Shown in pieces: positions 1 through 12,000 of a stretch of 64,000 nt of DNA (positions within the stretch are counted from its first letter, which is position 1; every line of letters starts with the position of its first letter). The stretch covers positions 10,168,001 through 10,232,000 of the forward strand of contig NW_025963924.1 in assembly GCF_023055435.1 (NCBI RefSeq). The letters are read 5' to 3'. Made by a program: the position numbers and the translations under genes. The notes under the pieces were generated by a model, which worked only from the letters and a program-made list of their open reading frames with translations, did no database searches and was not told the origin of the DNA. The DNA is from Haliotis rufescens. Its lineage: Eukaryota.

Positions 1-1175
1 TCTGCGAGTGGATAGATAGTGATATTACTGGAATGTAGAGTCAATTTGTAGTCATCTATTCATTTATTGTCTGTGTATTTTGTACAAATTGTATATAGTT
101 TGTCATCGACTTGCTGTTTTTCATATAAACAGACATTGTGATTTCATAGAATTAAATGCCCTATATTTTGTCTATCAACATGTGGCAGTTTACATCCTTT
201 TGTTTGTGTGAATACTCTCCATCACATAGAAAAGTATTTGGCAATAATACTTTTTAATCTCCACTAAATGCACAAAATGTAACTTTTTGGTTTTCATATT
301 GTTACATATTGTTTAGGAAAACATCATTTTCTAATAGCATGTATTGCTTTTACGACCTTGGTACAATCTTTTTATCATCTTTTTCACTGATCAAAGCTAT
401 CAAAGAATCTCACCTCTAGTGTTAATTCAAACATAATACTCTAACTCATGCAATGTAGGACCTACAGATCACAACCTGAAGGTGACAGGTTGATGAACTT
501 CAGTAACAACAGATACTCATTTGTTATGCAATGTAAAAGAGATTTTGAATTTTGCAATGCAGAAGTTCCGGTTGTTTTGTGATGAAGAAAGATTTGAACA
601 TGGAGCCTAAAAGGATGTTTTGTAATTATGTAATGGCTCTCATTTGCATAATTTATAAACATTGCATTCTCATCAAGTTTGAGAGCAAATTACAATCAGA
701 GCCATCTTGTTCTTGGTTTACCCCACTCTATAGCAATACCTGATCCTACAGAATCTCAATTCACTGGAGATAAAAATTGAGTGGGTTTTAAGATAGGATT
801 TTGCAATATACAGCTGAGTTTTTTCATTGAACTCATGTTATACATGTTGAAACTGAATTGTTTATTTTGACTTCATTTTTATTTGCTTTTGGAGTTGTTT
901 CTTGAAGGAAACAAGATGAGATCTTATTTCTGTGTAACTGTTAGTCATGGTGTATATTGTATAATCGCTTGATCCTACTTGTTGTGAGAGTTGTTCCCCT
1001 TGTTTGTCTGGAAAGGACTTACTACACTTTGATTCTGACGGCAATACTCCTGTAAAATCAGTTTGTCTGTTTTGAGATGATGTTGAAGATTTGATAACTG
1101 CACTGATTGTTTTCAATCATTGTTTTACATAAGATATATATCATTTTGTAACAATAAAACAGTTTAGTATAATGA
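1..1175 (+). other. Possible 3' UTR of an upstream gene
   Basis: T-rich, repeat-free stretch ending in AATAAA at 1153-1158; no coding evidence. Confidence 0.3.
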
Positions 1176-2028
1176 TGTCTGTGTTCATTAGTATTTCCAG
1201 AGTGGATGGCGTGGTATCCTTGAAGTCAGGGCCTTTTTGGTGCAAATCTGGCTTACTTTGACCAAGGCATGTTGTCTAGTGGGGTCACTGTTTGTTTGGC
1301 AGAGTTCAAGGGCGGATCCAGCATTTTAAGAAGGGAGGGATAAAAAATATCAAAATCCTCTCTAGAATTTTACTACCTACAACTACATTTGTTTTTTTAA
1401 AGAGGGGCTGTCCTGACCCCCTGACAGAGTTGTATCCTGTAGATGGGATTCGAACAGCAGATCCTAGTCCATTTCTCCCTCTTATTATGTTTGGTTTGTA
1501 GGCACCACACTGAAAGGTCGGGGGCTCATAGCAGGACCACCTGGAAGGTTGGGGGTTCGTCATACCAAAAGATGGTAATTGTTACCCAGTCTGTTGCTTG
1601 GCGAAAACCTGGACTGTGTGAATGGGGTATTCATGTTATAACTGTGGCAGGGTATCTCAGTGGGCTAGCACTATGAAATCAGCATTAGCACAAAACTGGT
1701 ATTAGTCCGGATGCACTCACACCCGCACACACTTCATGACTGCATGTAGCTACAAAGGTGCAATAATCTTGAATGCCATGTTAAACCCCATTTCACCTCC
1801 CCTCATGTTCAAAGAGGCATTAAAACAATATTCACTTACCCACTGCTTTAATTTGACAAGTCAGTTGTGTCCACATGACCGAAATGGGTACAATACAATA
1901 TCACTGACTCAGGATAGTCCTTTGTCCCTGAATCTGTAGGAGTTGGAAACAAATGAACATTACAAAACCCAACTTTAGTGACAGTCTGAATATTTCTGGA
2001 ATTTATGGGTCTTGGTATATTGAGTTAA

Positions 2029-2617
2029 GGCCCCTTTACACAGGGCTGCGACCTTTGTGCCGCAACTGTCCAGGACGCTCGGTGGTCGCCTAAACCCAGA
2101 AAATCCTGTTTCTACTAACTGCTCCAGGCATGATGTCTTGTGTCTATTGAGTCTTTCTTGAGTCAAGTTGTTCAGCTTCTGCAACCACAATGAAACACTG
2201 CAGGTTCAAGCCCTCTATTTAAAGGCAGGCTGAGGAGGCAGAAAAGGGGCAGAAGCATTGTCATGGTGTCTCAAGGGTCGCCACAGTCGTCGTTCAATGC
2301 ACGCTGTTGGTCGCCACAAGGGAGGCTGAAGCATCGCCCAGATTGACGAGAAAATTTGCAGCAGAACGCATCTATTACCTGGCGACCGCAGTGACTCACT
2401 TCTGACTCCTTTGAGCAACCAACCTTATCGGTGACCTTTGTGCTAGTGAACATGTTAAAAAAATCATGGCATCCATGGTGATGTCTGAACCTCCTGTGTA
2501 CCACCTTGAAACGACTTTGGCAACCATTCTGCCTCCTTTGAGCCTCCAATGACGACCTAGCAAATTTTATGGTCGCACACGGGAGGCACAAAGGTCGCCA
2601 TCCTGTGTAAAGGCCCC
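2029..2617. mobile_element. PIF/Harbinger-type MITE
   Basis: Imperfect TIRs of about 33 bp (GGCCCCTTTACACAGG..GCGACCTTTGTGCC) and 3-bp TAA TSD on both sides. Confidence 0.85.
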
Positions 2618-2623
2618 TAATGG

Positions 2624-2859
2624 TGTTATGTCTTTATGTACACTCAATGTAGTGGTCTATGGGAGATAACTCCGGAGAGCTTAATGTGTTCATGGTATGG
2701 TCTAGGGGAGATAACTCCGGACAGCTTATGTTATAAAATGTACTCTTCAGTTAGGGAGTAAGAAAGGGGGGAGTTCCAATATGTCTGCCTGCATGTTTGC
2801 CATGTGCTCTGTGTGAATTAAAATCCTTGTTCTACATTTCCTGAATCCATTATACAACA
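2624..2859 (+). repeat. 5' LTR (236 bp)
   Basis: Direct repeat of 5556-5788 differing by a few substitutions and 2 small indels; internal duplicated GGGAGATAACTCCGGA block. Confidence 0.95.
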
Positions 2860-2861
2860 TT

Positions 2862-2875
2862 TGGCGACGAGGATG
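2862..2875 (+). promoter_or_regulatory. Primer binding site TGGCGACGAGGATG (tRNA-Ser GCT type), overlapping the gag ATG
   Basis: 2 nt after the 5' LTR; complementary to the 3' end of tRNA-Ser(GCT), ...CATCCTCGTCGCCA. Confidence 0.85.
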
Positions 2876-3345
2876 AGCAATATTCCAGCACTCCATTTCT
2901 GCCAACTTTAGGCAATCCAGCCATTCCATGGAAGCAGTGGAAACAGGTTTTTGACAATTACATGGAAGCTACTAATGCTAAGTCATTCTCAGATGGGAGG
3001 AAGAAGGCTATTCTCCTAAGCTGTTTGGGCACAGAGGGACAGCGCATTTTCTACACACTTCCAGAAGAAACTCCAGTCACAGGTGACGAAAACCGCCTTC
3101 TGAATGCTGCTATTAAGACTTTAGATAAAGATTATGGCAGATGACTATTAGGGATCAGCTGATTGAGAAAACAAATTTACAAAAAATCAGAGAAAGGTTG
3201 TTTGATGGAGCCAGATCTTACACGTGTGAAAGCTGTAGAGATTTCTCGTGTTGTTGAGGGCGCTCTTCAGGGGACCAGTAGGTTGAGTCAGCCGAGGGAT
3301 GTTTCTGTCAGATACGTCAAGAAACATGGATTCAGGCCTGTAGAT
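2873..3345 (+). pseudogene. gag: Gypsy gag remnant (frameshifted, deleted)
   Basis: RKKAILLSCLGTEGQRIFYTL and EPDLT..KAVEISR motifs lie in broken frames. Confidence 0.85.
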
Positions 3346-3355
3346 AAACTCTACT

Positions 3356-5209
3356 GTGTGGTCTCCAGAAGCTCAAGCTAATTTTGAGAAAGTGAAGGCA
3401 TTTATCCAGTCCAGTACTGCCTTAGCTCTCTTTGATCCAGACCTGGATACATTTGTTGCAACAGATGCCTCAGGATATAGTCTGGGTGCAGATCTTTCTC
3501 AGAAAGATAGCTCTGGTGAAAGAACAGTTGCATTTGCATCTCGTACCCTATCAGAAGCTGAGAGGAAATACTCAGTGGGAGAGAAAGAAGCTTTAGCCTG
3601 TGTATGGGCATGTGAAAAGTGGCACACTTACCTGTGGGGACGAAAGTTCCAGTTGATCACAGATCATCAAGCACTAACTACACTCCTGACTACAGGGACA
3701 AGACATCAGCATATGCACATTGCAAGATGGAATGCACGACTTCTGAACTATGACTACACAATCGCCTATCGGCCAGGCAAAGAAAACTATGTTGCACGCC
3801 TTACAGTGCATGAAGAAGTTACTGAAGATCCGGTTGAGGAGGATATAATCAACATGATTATTTCCGATGGAGTTCCTTCAATCACAGCAAGTGAATTAAA
3901 GCAAGCAACAATTCAAGATCCAGTTCTGATTCAGATATCCCAATGTCTGCAGTCTGAGTGGCCCAGAAAAGACAAACTTGATGAACAAATGAAACCATTC
4001 TTTTAAGTCTGAGATGAACTCTCATGGTGCAACGGCTTAGTTTTCAGAGGAGAACAAGTAGTAATTCCAGACGCACTCACTAGCACAGTCATTTCCTGGG
4101 GTCATGAAGCACACCAAGGCATCGTACGCACCAAAGCAAGACTACGCAAGCTCTACTGGTGGCCAGGAAGAGATCGTCAAGTCGAAGAGAAGCTAGCAAA
4201 CTGTGAGATATGTAATACCAGTGACAAATCTGCTTCAACTAGATATGCTCCAATGACTCCAACAGCATGGCTTGAAGGACCATGGGAAAAACCGGCTATC
4301 GACATAGTGGGACCAATTGAAAAAGCCCCTGCTGACAGTCGTTTTGCTATTACGGTGGTTGACTATTTCAGTAAGTGGCCAGAAGTAGGATTCTCGGCAA
4401 GTGTTACAACAGAAACTGTCATCAAATTCTTACAAACAGTCTTCAGTCAGGAAGGATACCCTCTTGAAATTGTGTCAGACAATGGCTCACAGTTTGAACA
4501 ATTTCTGAAGGACAGAAATATCAAGCACATTAAATCTGCTCTGTACTACCAACAAGCAAATGGGCTTGTTGAGCGTTTCAACAGGAATCTGAAAAGCTGC
4601 ATACAACTTGCTAAAATCCAGAGTAAACCACTCAAGCTTGTAGTGAAAGAATTTCTCTGCATTTACCGCACAACTCCTCATGCAACTATCATGAAGAATC
4701 ACCATCATTCCTGCTACATGGTTGGAAGATGAGAACAGGTCTTGACATTGCAGGTGTCACAAAGGCTCCTAACAAAAGTCATGCTGACGTCAGGACGCGA
4801 GTCACAGAAAAGCAGCTGAAGTACAAGGAGCGAGCAGATAACTTGAGAGGCGCAAAAACTCCAGATTTCTGTTGGTGATGAAGTAAGGATAAAGAAACCT
4901 GGTCATGTGCCAAAAGGGAAAAACAGATATTCAGGTCCTACAGTAATAACTGGGCAGAAAGGACCTGCCACATTCATCACTCAGAGTGAACAGGGAAGTC
5001 AGGTGTGGAATGCATCACGTCTGGCAAGTGTAAAGTCACGAGCTCAGGCACCAGAGTTACCATCTGGTACAGAGAACCATCAGGGTGAAGCTCAAGACAT
5101 TAACAGTGATAAAACACCAAATCAGGAACCAAGACGGTCAACAAGAGAAAGAAATTCTCCGGGATGGACCATAGACTTTGTCATGAACTGGTGGGAACTG
5201 TTCCCATGA
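3356..5209 (+). pseudogene. pol: Gypsy pol remnant: RT connection, RNase H, integrase zinc finger and core
   Basis: TDASGY, VAFASRTLSEAERKYS..EKEALA, TDHQAL, HEAHQGI, IDIVGP, VDYFSKWPEV, SDNGSQF, NGLVERFNR; internal stops at about 4006 and 4732. Confidence 0.92.
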
Positions 5210-5555
5210 AAATTATTGTGTGTTAACTTGTTTATGCTGAATTGAACTTTAAGTGATCAGTTTCAAGTTAATTGCAGTTTTGAGATATCTTTCAACATGT
5301 GTTACAGTTCAGCTGAAAGGGTCATTCAGGGAGAGTTATTTTAGAGTACAGTATTACTGGAGTAGAATCTATCATGGACTCTAAACACCAGTTGAAGAAA
5401 CTTCCTAGAAATACACTGCTAGTACAGTTATGTAGTTCAGAATATTTTCATTAATAGCTATAGTTGCATGTCTCCAGAGGATTGTAGGCCGTTTATAAGT
5501 TGGTGCTGTTTTAGTTCAATGTGTAAGTAAGCCTTTTATTCCCAAGGGGAAAATA

Positions 5556-5788
5556 TGTTATGGCTTTATGTACACTCAATGTAGTGGTCTATGGGAGATA
5601 ACTCCGGACGGCTTAATGTGTTCATGGTATGGTCTAGGGGAGATAACTCCGGACAGCTTATGTTATAAAATGTACTCTTCAGTTAGGGAGTAGAAAGGGG
5701 GGAGTTCCACTGTCTGCCTGCATGTATGCCATGTGCTCTGTGTGAATTAAAACCCTTGTTCTACATTTCCTGAATCCATTATACAACA
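5556..5788 (+). repeat. 3' LTR (233 bp), preceded by polypurine tract AAGGGGAAAA at 5544-5553
   Basis: TGTTA...CAACA termini; direct repeat of the 5' LTR. Confidence 0.95.
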
Positions 5789-5892
5789 AATGGGGATACA
5801 CAATACCTCCTGTCTGCTGGTTTACACAGCACCAGACATATCAGTGATTAATGATTTGAGCAACGACCCATGCACACAGTTTGTTACAATGT

Positions 5893-6089
5893 TGGTTTGT
5901 TGTTTAAAGACGCACTCTGCAATATTCCAGCGATATGATGGCGGTCTGTAAATAATCGAGCCTGGGCCAGACAATCCAGTGATTGACTCCATGAGCATCG
6001 ATCCACGCAATTGGGATAAGATGACATGCATCGACCAAGTCAGCGAGCCTGACCACCCGATCTCGTTAGTCGCCTCTTACGACAAGCAT
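5893..6089 (-). mobile_element. SINE family A, 5'-truncated
   Basis: Reverse complement of the family A body and tail. Confidence 0.8.
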
Positions 6090-6391
6090 AAAGGGTCCAG
6101 TGAGGTGGGAGAATCAAAACCTGTGGGTTATCTAGACTTGCTTCGTTTAGGACTGTAGCATTACAGTAAGGGCTGTGCGGAAGGTAAAATAATATGGTTG
6201 CGGGACAGACATATCGTCGAAGGCGCCACTATTAACTGTGCAGAGTTGTGTCCCTTGGGAGTGCCCGATGACCTTATAGGTTTGAATCCCACATTCGCCC
6301 TGATCCTGTTTCTTTCGTGCTCATGGTTTCAGCCAAAGACCCGCATCACTTGTCGGACTTTCCTCCCACATCAAGCTGACAGGTTGTGATA

Positions 6392-6540
6392 TCATGGGCT
6401 TGTAACACAAAAAAATAGCAGCTAAAAGATATATGGTCACACCCAGTGTCAGTATACTATACAAAAGGATTATAGTATACTGACACTGTGTGTGACCATA
6501 TATCGTGTTGCTGCAATTTTTTGCGTTACAAACCCCTTTG
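6392..6540. mobile_element. Palindromic hAT-like MITE inserted in a SINE
   Basis: Nearly whole-length inverted repeat; 8-bp TSD TTGTGATA at 6384-6391 and 6541-6548. Confidence 0.75.
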
Positions 6541-6601
6541 TTGTGATACACCTGAACAATGTACAAAGCATTTAAAAACCCAACTCACTCACTCACTCAC
6601 T

Positions 6602-7580
6602 TTAAACTGACCAAATCAAAACTGTGAAACGTTGACCAGAATGACGCCCAAACGTCACAACCACTGGAGTCAGTATGCAGTCTCGTAAGTACTGTTCGGT
6701 TACCCTTCCGTTGACAACATGCAAGGGCGTTCTGCCAGTCATAGTGATCCCACCCCTTGGGCTGGGACGGGTAACTCGGGTCGGGTGGGTACTAAGAAGG
6801 ACCCGAGTACCCACAGAACCACCCGGACCCGTGGTTGGTCATGTGATATATTGTTTAATAACAAAAATTATCTTGAACTATATCGTTACACCACAAGTCA
6901 CTAATGTTGGCATTTCTTTCTGACCATGCACCCAGACGTTTATATGTTTGAATAAAGATGAAACTTCAGTCATCTTCAGTGTATGCATGACCAAATCGTT
7001 TCATGCGCGTATCTAAATACATTTTGTCCAGGGCTACTGTCAAACTATTCCCAATCGGACATTTTGTACCTATCTCTTGAGACATACAGCGGGTACCCGG
7101 GTAGGGTCGAGTAATTGGGGGATGGGTACCCGGGTAGTAAATTTGCCCGCCCTATATCATGACAGACTCACCCACAAATGTGTCATATTGCCTTACGTTG
7201 ACGTTCGCAGGATGCCTTCAGAAAGGTCCACGCCTATCCAGAAAGTCCAGAGTGAATCTGGACGCGTCTGATAACATTACACATTCCCCCATTTTTTTAC
7301 GCTCTGAACACTTTTGGCGTATTGCTAGAATATGTCAATTTGCTGTTTTGTCCCGATTTCTAAAAGTCTGTTTCTGCTGATCGATCCCGGACTTGTGTAG
7401 TTGACCTGGGCAGCCCTGTATGTGGCCGATCATTAACATTTTGTGTCTGCAAATCACAGACTGAGACACGTTGAACATATTGGCTACCTCTCGCGGAGTT
7501 CTTCCAGTTTGAAGCATACCCGAAGCCCTTAAATGTAAACCACATTGTTGACGACACATTCCTAATCTGATTACACATAC
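6602..7580 (-). pseudogene. Tc1/mariner transposase remnant
   Basis: HTH GMLQTGRTPREVANMFNVSQSVI; MLSDASRFTL (FSDESRF motif); GGITMTGRTPLHVVNG..ILTPVVV; interrupted by an insertion at about 6757-7154. Confidence 0.8.
6757..7154. mobile_element. hAT-like MITE nested in the Tc1 remnant
   Basis: T(A/T)GGGC..GCCCTA ends; subterminal GGGTACCCG repeats; splits the Tc1 frame. Confidence 0.5.
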
Positions 7581-8829
7581 TGCATTACAGCAGTAGAGAG
7601 CTTACGTGTTACTGTAGATAATTAAAATCAACAATACTAATGACTCTGAGAGATCTGACGACCTTCAATCGAAGTGTCACAATCAATAATGACCCCCTAC
7701 CCACGGAGGAATTGCATGATCTTTCGGTTGTGTTGGGGCGTCAGGTTTTGGTTCCGATACCGTTCTATCTCTGGCAGCCATTTTTCAAAGTTCATCTTTC
7801 TTCTGACGACGATCATAACATTCATATTTATTATCCACTTTTTTTCAGTATCGAGAATCGTATTGACTTCAAACAATAAATAACATAGTAACTGTTTAAA
7901 TGATATGCGCCGACACATTCGTCGCCACTCTCGATTTAACAGGTGCGATCCTTGACAGTCTATTATCTAGTTACGGACTAGGTCTAGACGTTGAAACTAG
8001 TGTCATGAATGTGATTGAGACCCGGTCTGTGTAACGTTTGGTATATAGAAATTATAGGAAACAGAGAAGCAGCGGAGATAGCCGAGGAAGGCCGAGTGGC
8101 CAAGAGGACGAAGACGGAAATGATGGCCGCCCAGCATCGCCGCCGAATATCCTGGAGATGACAGACGAACTCTTTCTTCAAGCCTTGGTTGACCATTCTT
8201 TTAACATTTTAAATTGTTATCTACTGTCCAGGAAAACCTTTGACTTACTTTTGACTTGAATAAAAACTTACCCTCTCAACTGACTCGCTATGAGTATATA
8301 TTCCTTCAAACCACAGTTTTGTCGCCATCTAGTAAAATGTTGATATGTCAATATTGCCAACTTTATGATTTATAGTGTAAAAAACCTTAAAGTGTTCTCT
8401 TTCAAAATTGGTCTCTTTGTATAAACAAATTTCGAGAACAAGATGCTTTTACTAACGGAATGTGTTTTTAATATCAAATTACCTATTGTCAGTGTTTACA
8501 GATTATGGCCGGACACAAACGAGGGAACAGATTCCGGAGTACATGTACGTGTGATATATGCATTACGATGAGCATTGCCGGCGTCCATATAGGGATCACG
8601 CCTTCAAGGAAGCCTGAGGAAAATTACTGATTTCTACTTTTTTTTAAACAAACCTTTACCATAACTAAAATAAGCTAATAGTCTGCCATTTTTTTCCAAC
8701 TCGAACCCCATTTTTGTAAACCCTGCCTCCCGCCACGAAAAGCTTTTTAATTGACTATGCGTAGTCACTCACTCAATCTTCGTCGTAAACTTCCAACATT
8801 ACTTTCTGTGGTGTTAGGAGCTCATTACC

Positions 8830-8960
8830 AGATTGGCTGGGATTCTGTCTGTGGGCTATATATAATGGCGCATAGTTAACTGCGTGTACCAACAGAGTAA
8901 CCAGTCATAATTCAAGAAAACATAACTCTGTTCTTACTTCCGTTTAATCTGCACGTGTGG
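8830..8960 (+). promoter_or_regulatory. RRP9 proximal promoter
   Basis: ATTGG (reverse CCAAT) about 8832, TAATGGCG YY1-like site about 8863, ACTTCCG ETS site about 8936, CACGTG E-box about 8952, directly upstream of the ATG. Confidence 0.55.
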
Positions 8961-8980
8961 AAGGAAAGTTGTAAACAGAG

Positions 8981-9025
8981 ATGTCTTTCTTTATTAGACG
9001 GTCAAACGAAAAACGGGGATCGAAG
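8981..9025 (+). CDS. RRP9: RRP9 exon 1 (MSFFIRRSNEKRGSK)
   Basis: ATG downstream of promoter motifs; MSFFI start; AAG|GTAAGA donor, phase 0. Confidence 0.85.
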
Positions 9026-12000
9026 GTAAGATTTAGGAGGGGGTCACATGGAATATATGCCACACGACCGTTAAAATATGTCTTGTATCCAGCTTTCTCA
9101 TCAATACCGGTCATGTCGACTGTCCATCGAACCTACTCCCTGCTTCATTTTCAGACTTCAGCAAGTGAAGCAAAGTAAATTGTTTGTTGCCACTTATAGT
9201 CTGCAGCGCATCCCATATTTGGGGGTATTTCTCAAATACGCTGACTTCTACCGTGGTCTAGGCTCCATTACCATGATCTGATGATAACACTTGTTTACTA
9301 CAAATTCCAACAACCCAACTGAAACGCGACTGACATCTGTTGCTGATGATAGTGAATATGGGTGCAGACTAAGACGTCATCGCTTTTACTGGACTAAAAA
9401 GACACGGCCCCTGAAGGTCCAGCTTAAATGACACCTCATATTTATACTATAGATAAGAGTGATTGATTTGCATAGTGGTATTATACTTTTGTCATGGGTA
9501 ACGTCATTGTTTTTTATCATGGATCACTGTGAACATGGATCACAACTAGGGCTGGCTAAAAAGATTGTGCTGGAATTATCGTTGATGTGAAGAAATATTA
9601 ACAATTATCGACATGAAATTTGTGTCATCGATAATATCTTACCACGCTTACATAAACTGTTGTGAGGGAATCAAGTTTTAATGTACCGAAGCAGACTTGT
9701 TATGTCCATTGTCAAAGTCCGAAAGCAACTGATTTTTTGTTATATCTTAAATGTCCACAAAGTCATCACGATTCCCGACATGGGTACATTGTGTGAAGCC
9801 CATTTCTGGTGTCCCCCACCGTGATATTGCTGGAATATTGCTAAAAGCGGCGTAAAACCATACTCACTCACTCCACAAAGTCATCCATGCATAAATGTGT
9901 CACCACTCACCAGTGACTTGAAATATGTTGTTTTGTGTCTAAGCTTTAAGCATATTTCACGGATATTTACCAAGATCAATATCAACAGCCATCCCTAATC
10001 ACAACCATATCCTCTGAAAACAAACAGGTTTTTAAGCTGACATTTACTTTTGAGGTTTCCATAGAAACTAGGTGTTTCTAAATTTCAATTTAGTTTTGCT
10101 TATGACTACATCATGTACATAGATTTTGGATGATTACTCATGATCACATCATGTCCATGCTCCAGATCAACTATTGTCAAGTCAACTATTTGAGTACACG
10201 ACTGGTCATTATCAGAACTGACAAGAAGTCAAGTGCGTTATTATTAGCCAGTGACAATGCAGTATGGAATAAAATTCATTTGCTGCTGACACAAAATGAC
10301 TTACTCCCTTAAAGAACATTTTTGAATAAATTGACATGGTACGGTTACAATTAATCCTGAGTGTGTATAGTATTGTTTGCCTGAATATTTGATATGTTTG
10401 TAATTTTCAATCCATCTCTATTCTCTATCTATAGAATAGGCTGATACAGCATCTGTGTGGTGCACTGGTTGTTCTCCATGTTCATGGTATTGGTATCAAT
10501 GTGTGAGCCTCAAGTTCAACATTTTCAACAGAAGTAAAATAAAGTTAATTCATTGAGAGCAAAGATGAAGTACATGTACAGATAAACATGATAATGCTTC
10601 AAGTTCATGGTCCTGTATGTTCTTGTGCTAGTTGTAATTAGCATGATTAGTAAGGCAGAGATATTTCTAAGGGCCGGAAAAAAATACATTGTTTTGTAAA
10701 TTAAGAGTTTTATTAAAAAAGCATTCAATAATGTAATGCTACTTTACTGATCCTGTTATTCGCAAAATACAAGTCACACTACAAAAGGAAGTCACCAGTC
10801 CTAATTATGCCAACCTGAATAGGGAATGTGTTTTCCATACTTGGAATTCTAATTAACATTTTGTGTAGACTTGGAGCCGGAATCTCGGGCTCTGAGAATG
10901 CCTTGTGTAAATCCTTGTACTGTATCTTGTGATTGCAGAGCAAACTCAAGAAGCCAGCAGGTCCAGCAGGGAAGAAAGATGCAGGTGTAAGATATGCCAG
11001 GAAGAGGAAGGCTTGGGATGAAGAGATTAACAGTGAATCCGAGGTTGACAGGTACATGTGGTTCAGTTGATCAGACCAGACTAAGGGTTGCCACAGCTAC
11101 TTTATCTCCGTGGGATTTCCTTGGTCAAATCAGTCCACAGAAATTGAGCTATGCTTGTTGTAAGAAAAGACTTGATGGATTGGGTGGTCACTGTTAGTCA
11201 CTGGATTACCTGGTCCAGACTTGATTATTTATTGGTTGCCATCATATAGCTGAAATATTGCTGAGTGCATCATTCATCAACAAACACAGCTACCTTATCC
11301 AGCATTGTGATTTATTTATCCCCCACCCAACGAAGTTGGCGGGTGATATAGAAACGGGCTCCGTCCGTCTGTACGTCCATCTCGTTTTGTTTTCGGAGCA
11401 TAACTCATAAACCGTTCAATATTTTTCATGAAACTTTGCAGGTTTGTCAGGCACATGCTGAACTGGTGCCTTTTGTTATTTAGAAATTTTTGAAATTTTC
11501 ATTTTTTACGTTTACATGGCAACAAGATGGACTTAGGTTCCAAACTCTTCTTTTTTTTACTATTTCCATAAATTCCACCTCGGTTAAAATAGGTTAGGGT
11601 TTGTTTAGATTTAATTATGTCATATATTCTGCAATAGGGGTGGGGGAATATAGCCACGTTAGTGGCAAACTCTTGATATCCTTGAATTGGCATGATTGGG
11701 GTATAAATACGTCACAAGAGAAGTCAGTCCATCGTAGTCGAAGTTGGTCACTCCTGGTTTTCACTTACCATTGCATCCATAGACAGTGGTTCCAGCCTGC
11801 AACCTAATGCCTCAGTGCTTGAGTGACTGTAGTAATGCATAGAACAGTTTCAAAATTACTAATTTGTTTAAGGTTCTTCTTCATTTTAATAATATGAATC
11901 TTTTGTTGTGTTGTGCTCATTTAAAAAAACATAGATTGATGTCAAGGTGCAAATATTTTTTATTGACTTGGAATATTACATTGTATGCCACAATTTAATG

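Larger units (their letters stand above)
2624..5788 (+). mobile_element. Gypsy (Mag-clade-like) LTR retrotransposon, internally deleted, non-autonomous
   Basis: TG...CA LTRs at 2624-2859 and 5556-5788; 5-bp TSD AATGG (2619-2623, 5789-5793); PBS; PPT; gag, RNase H and integrase remnants. Confidence 0.95.
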
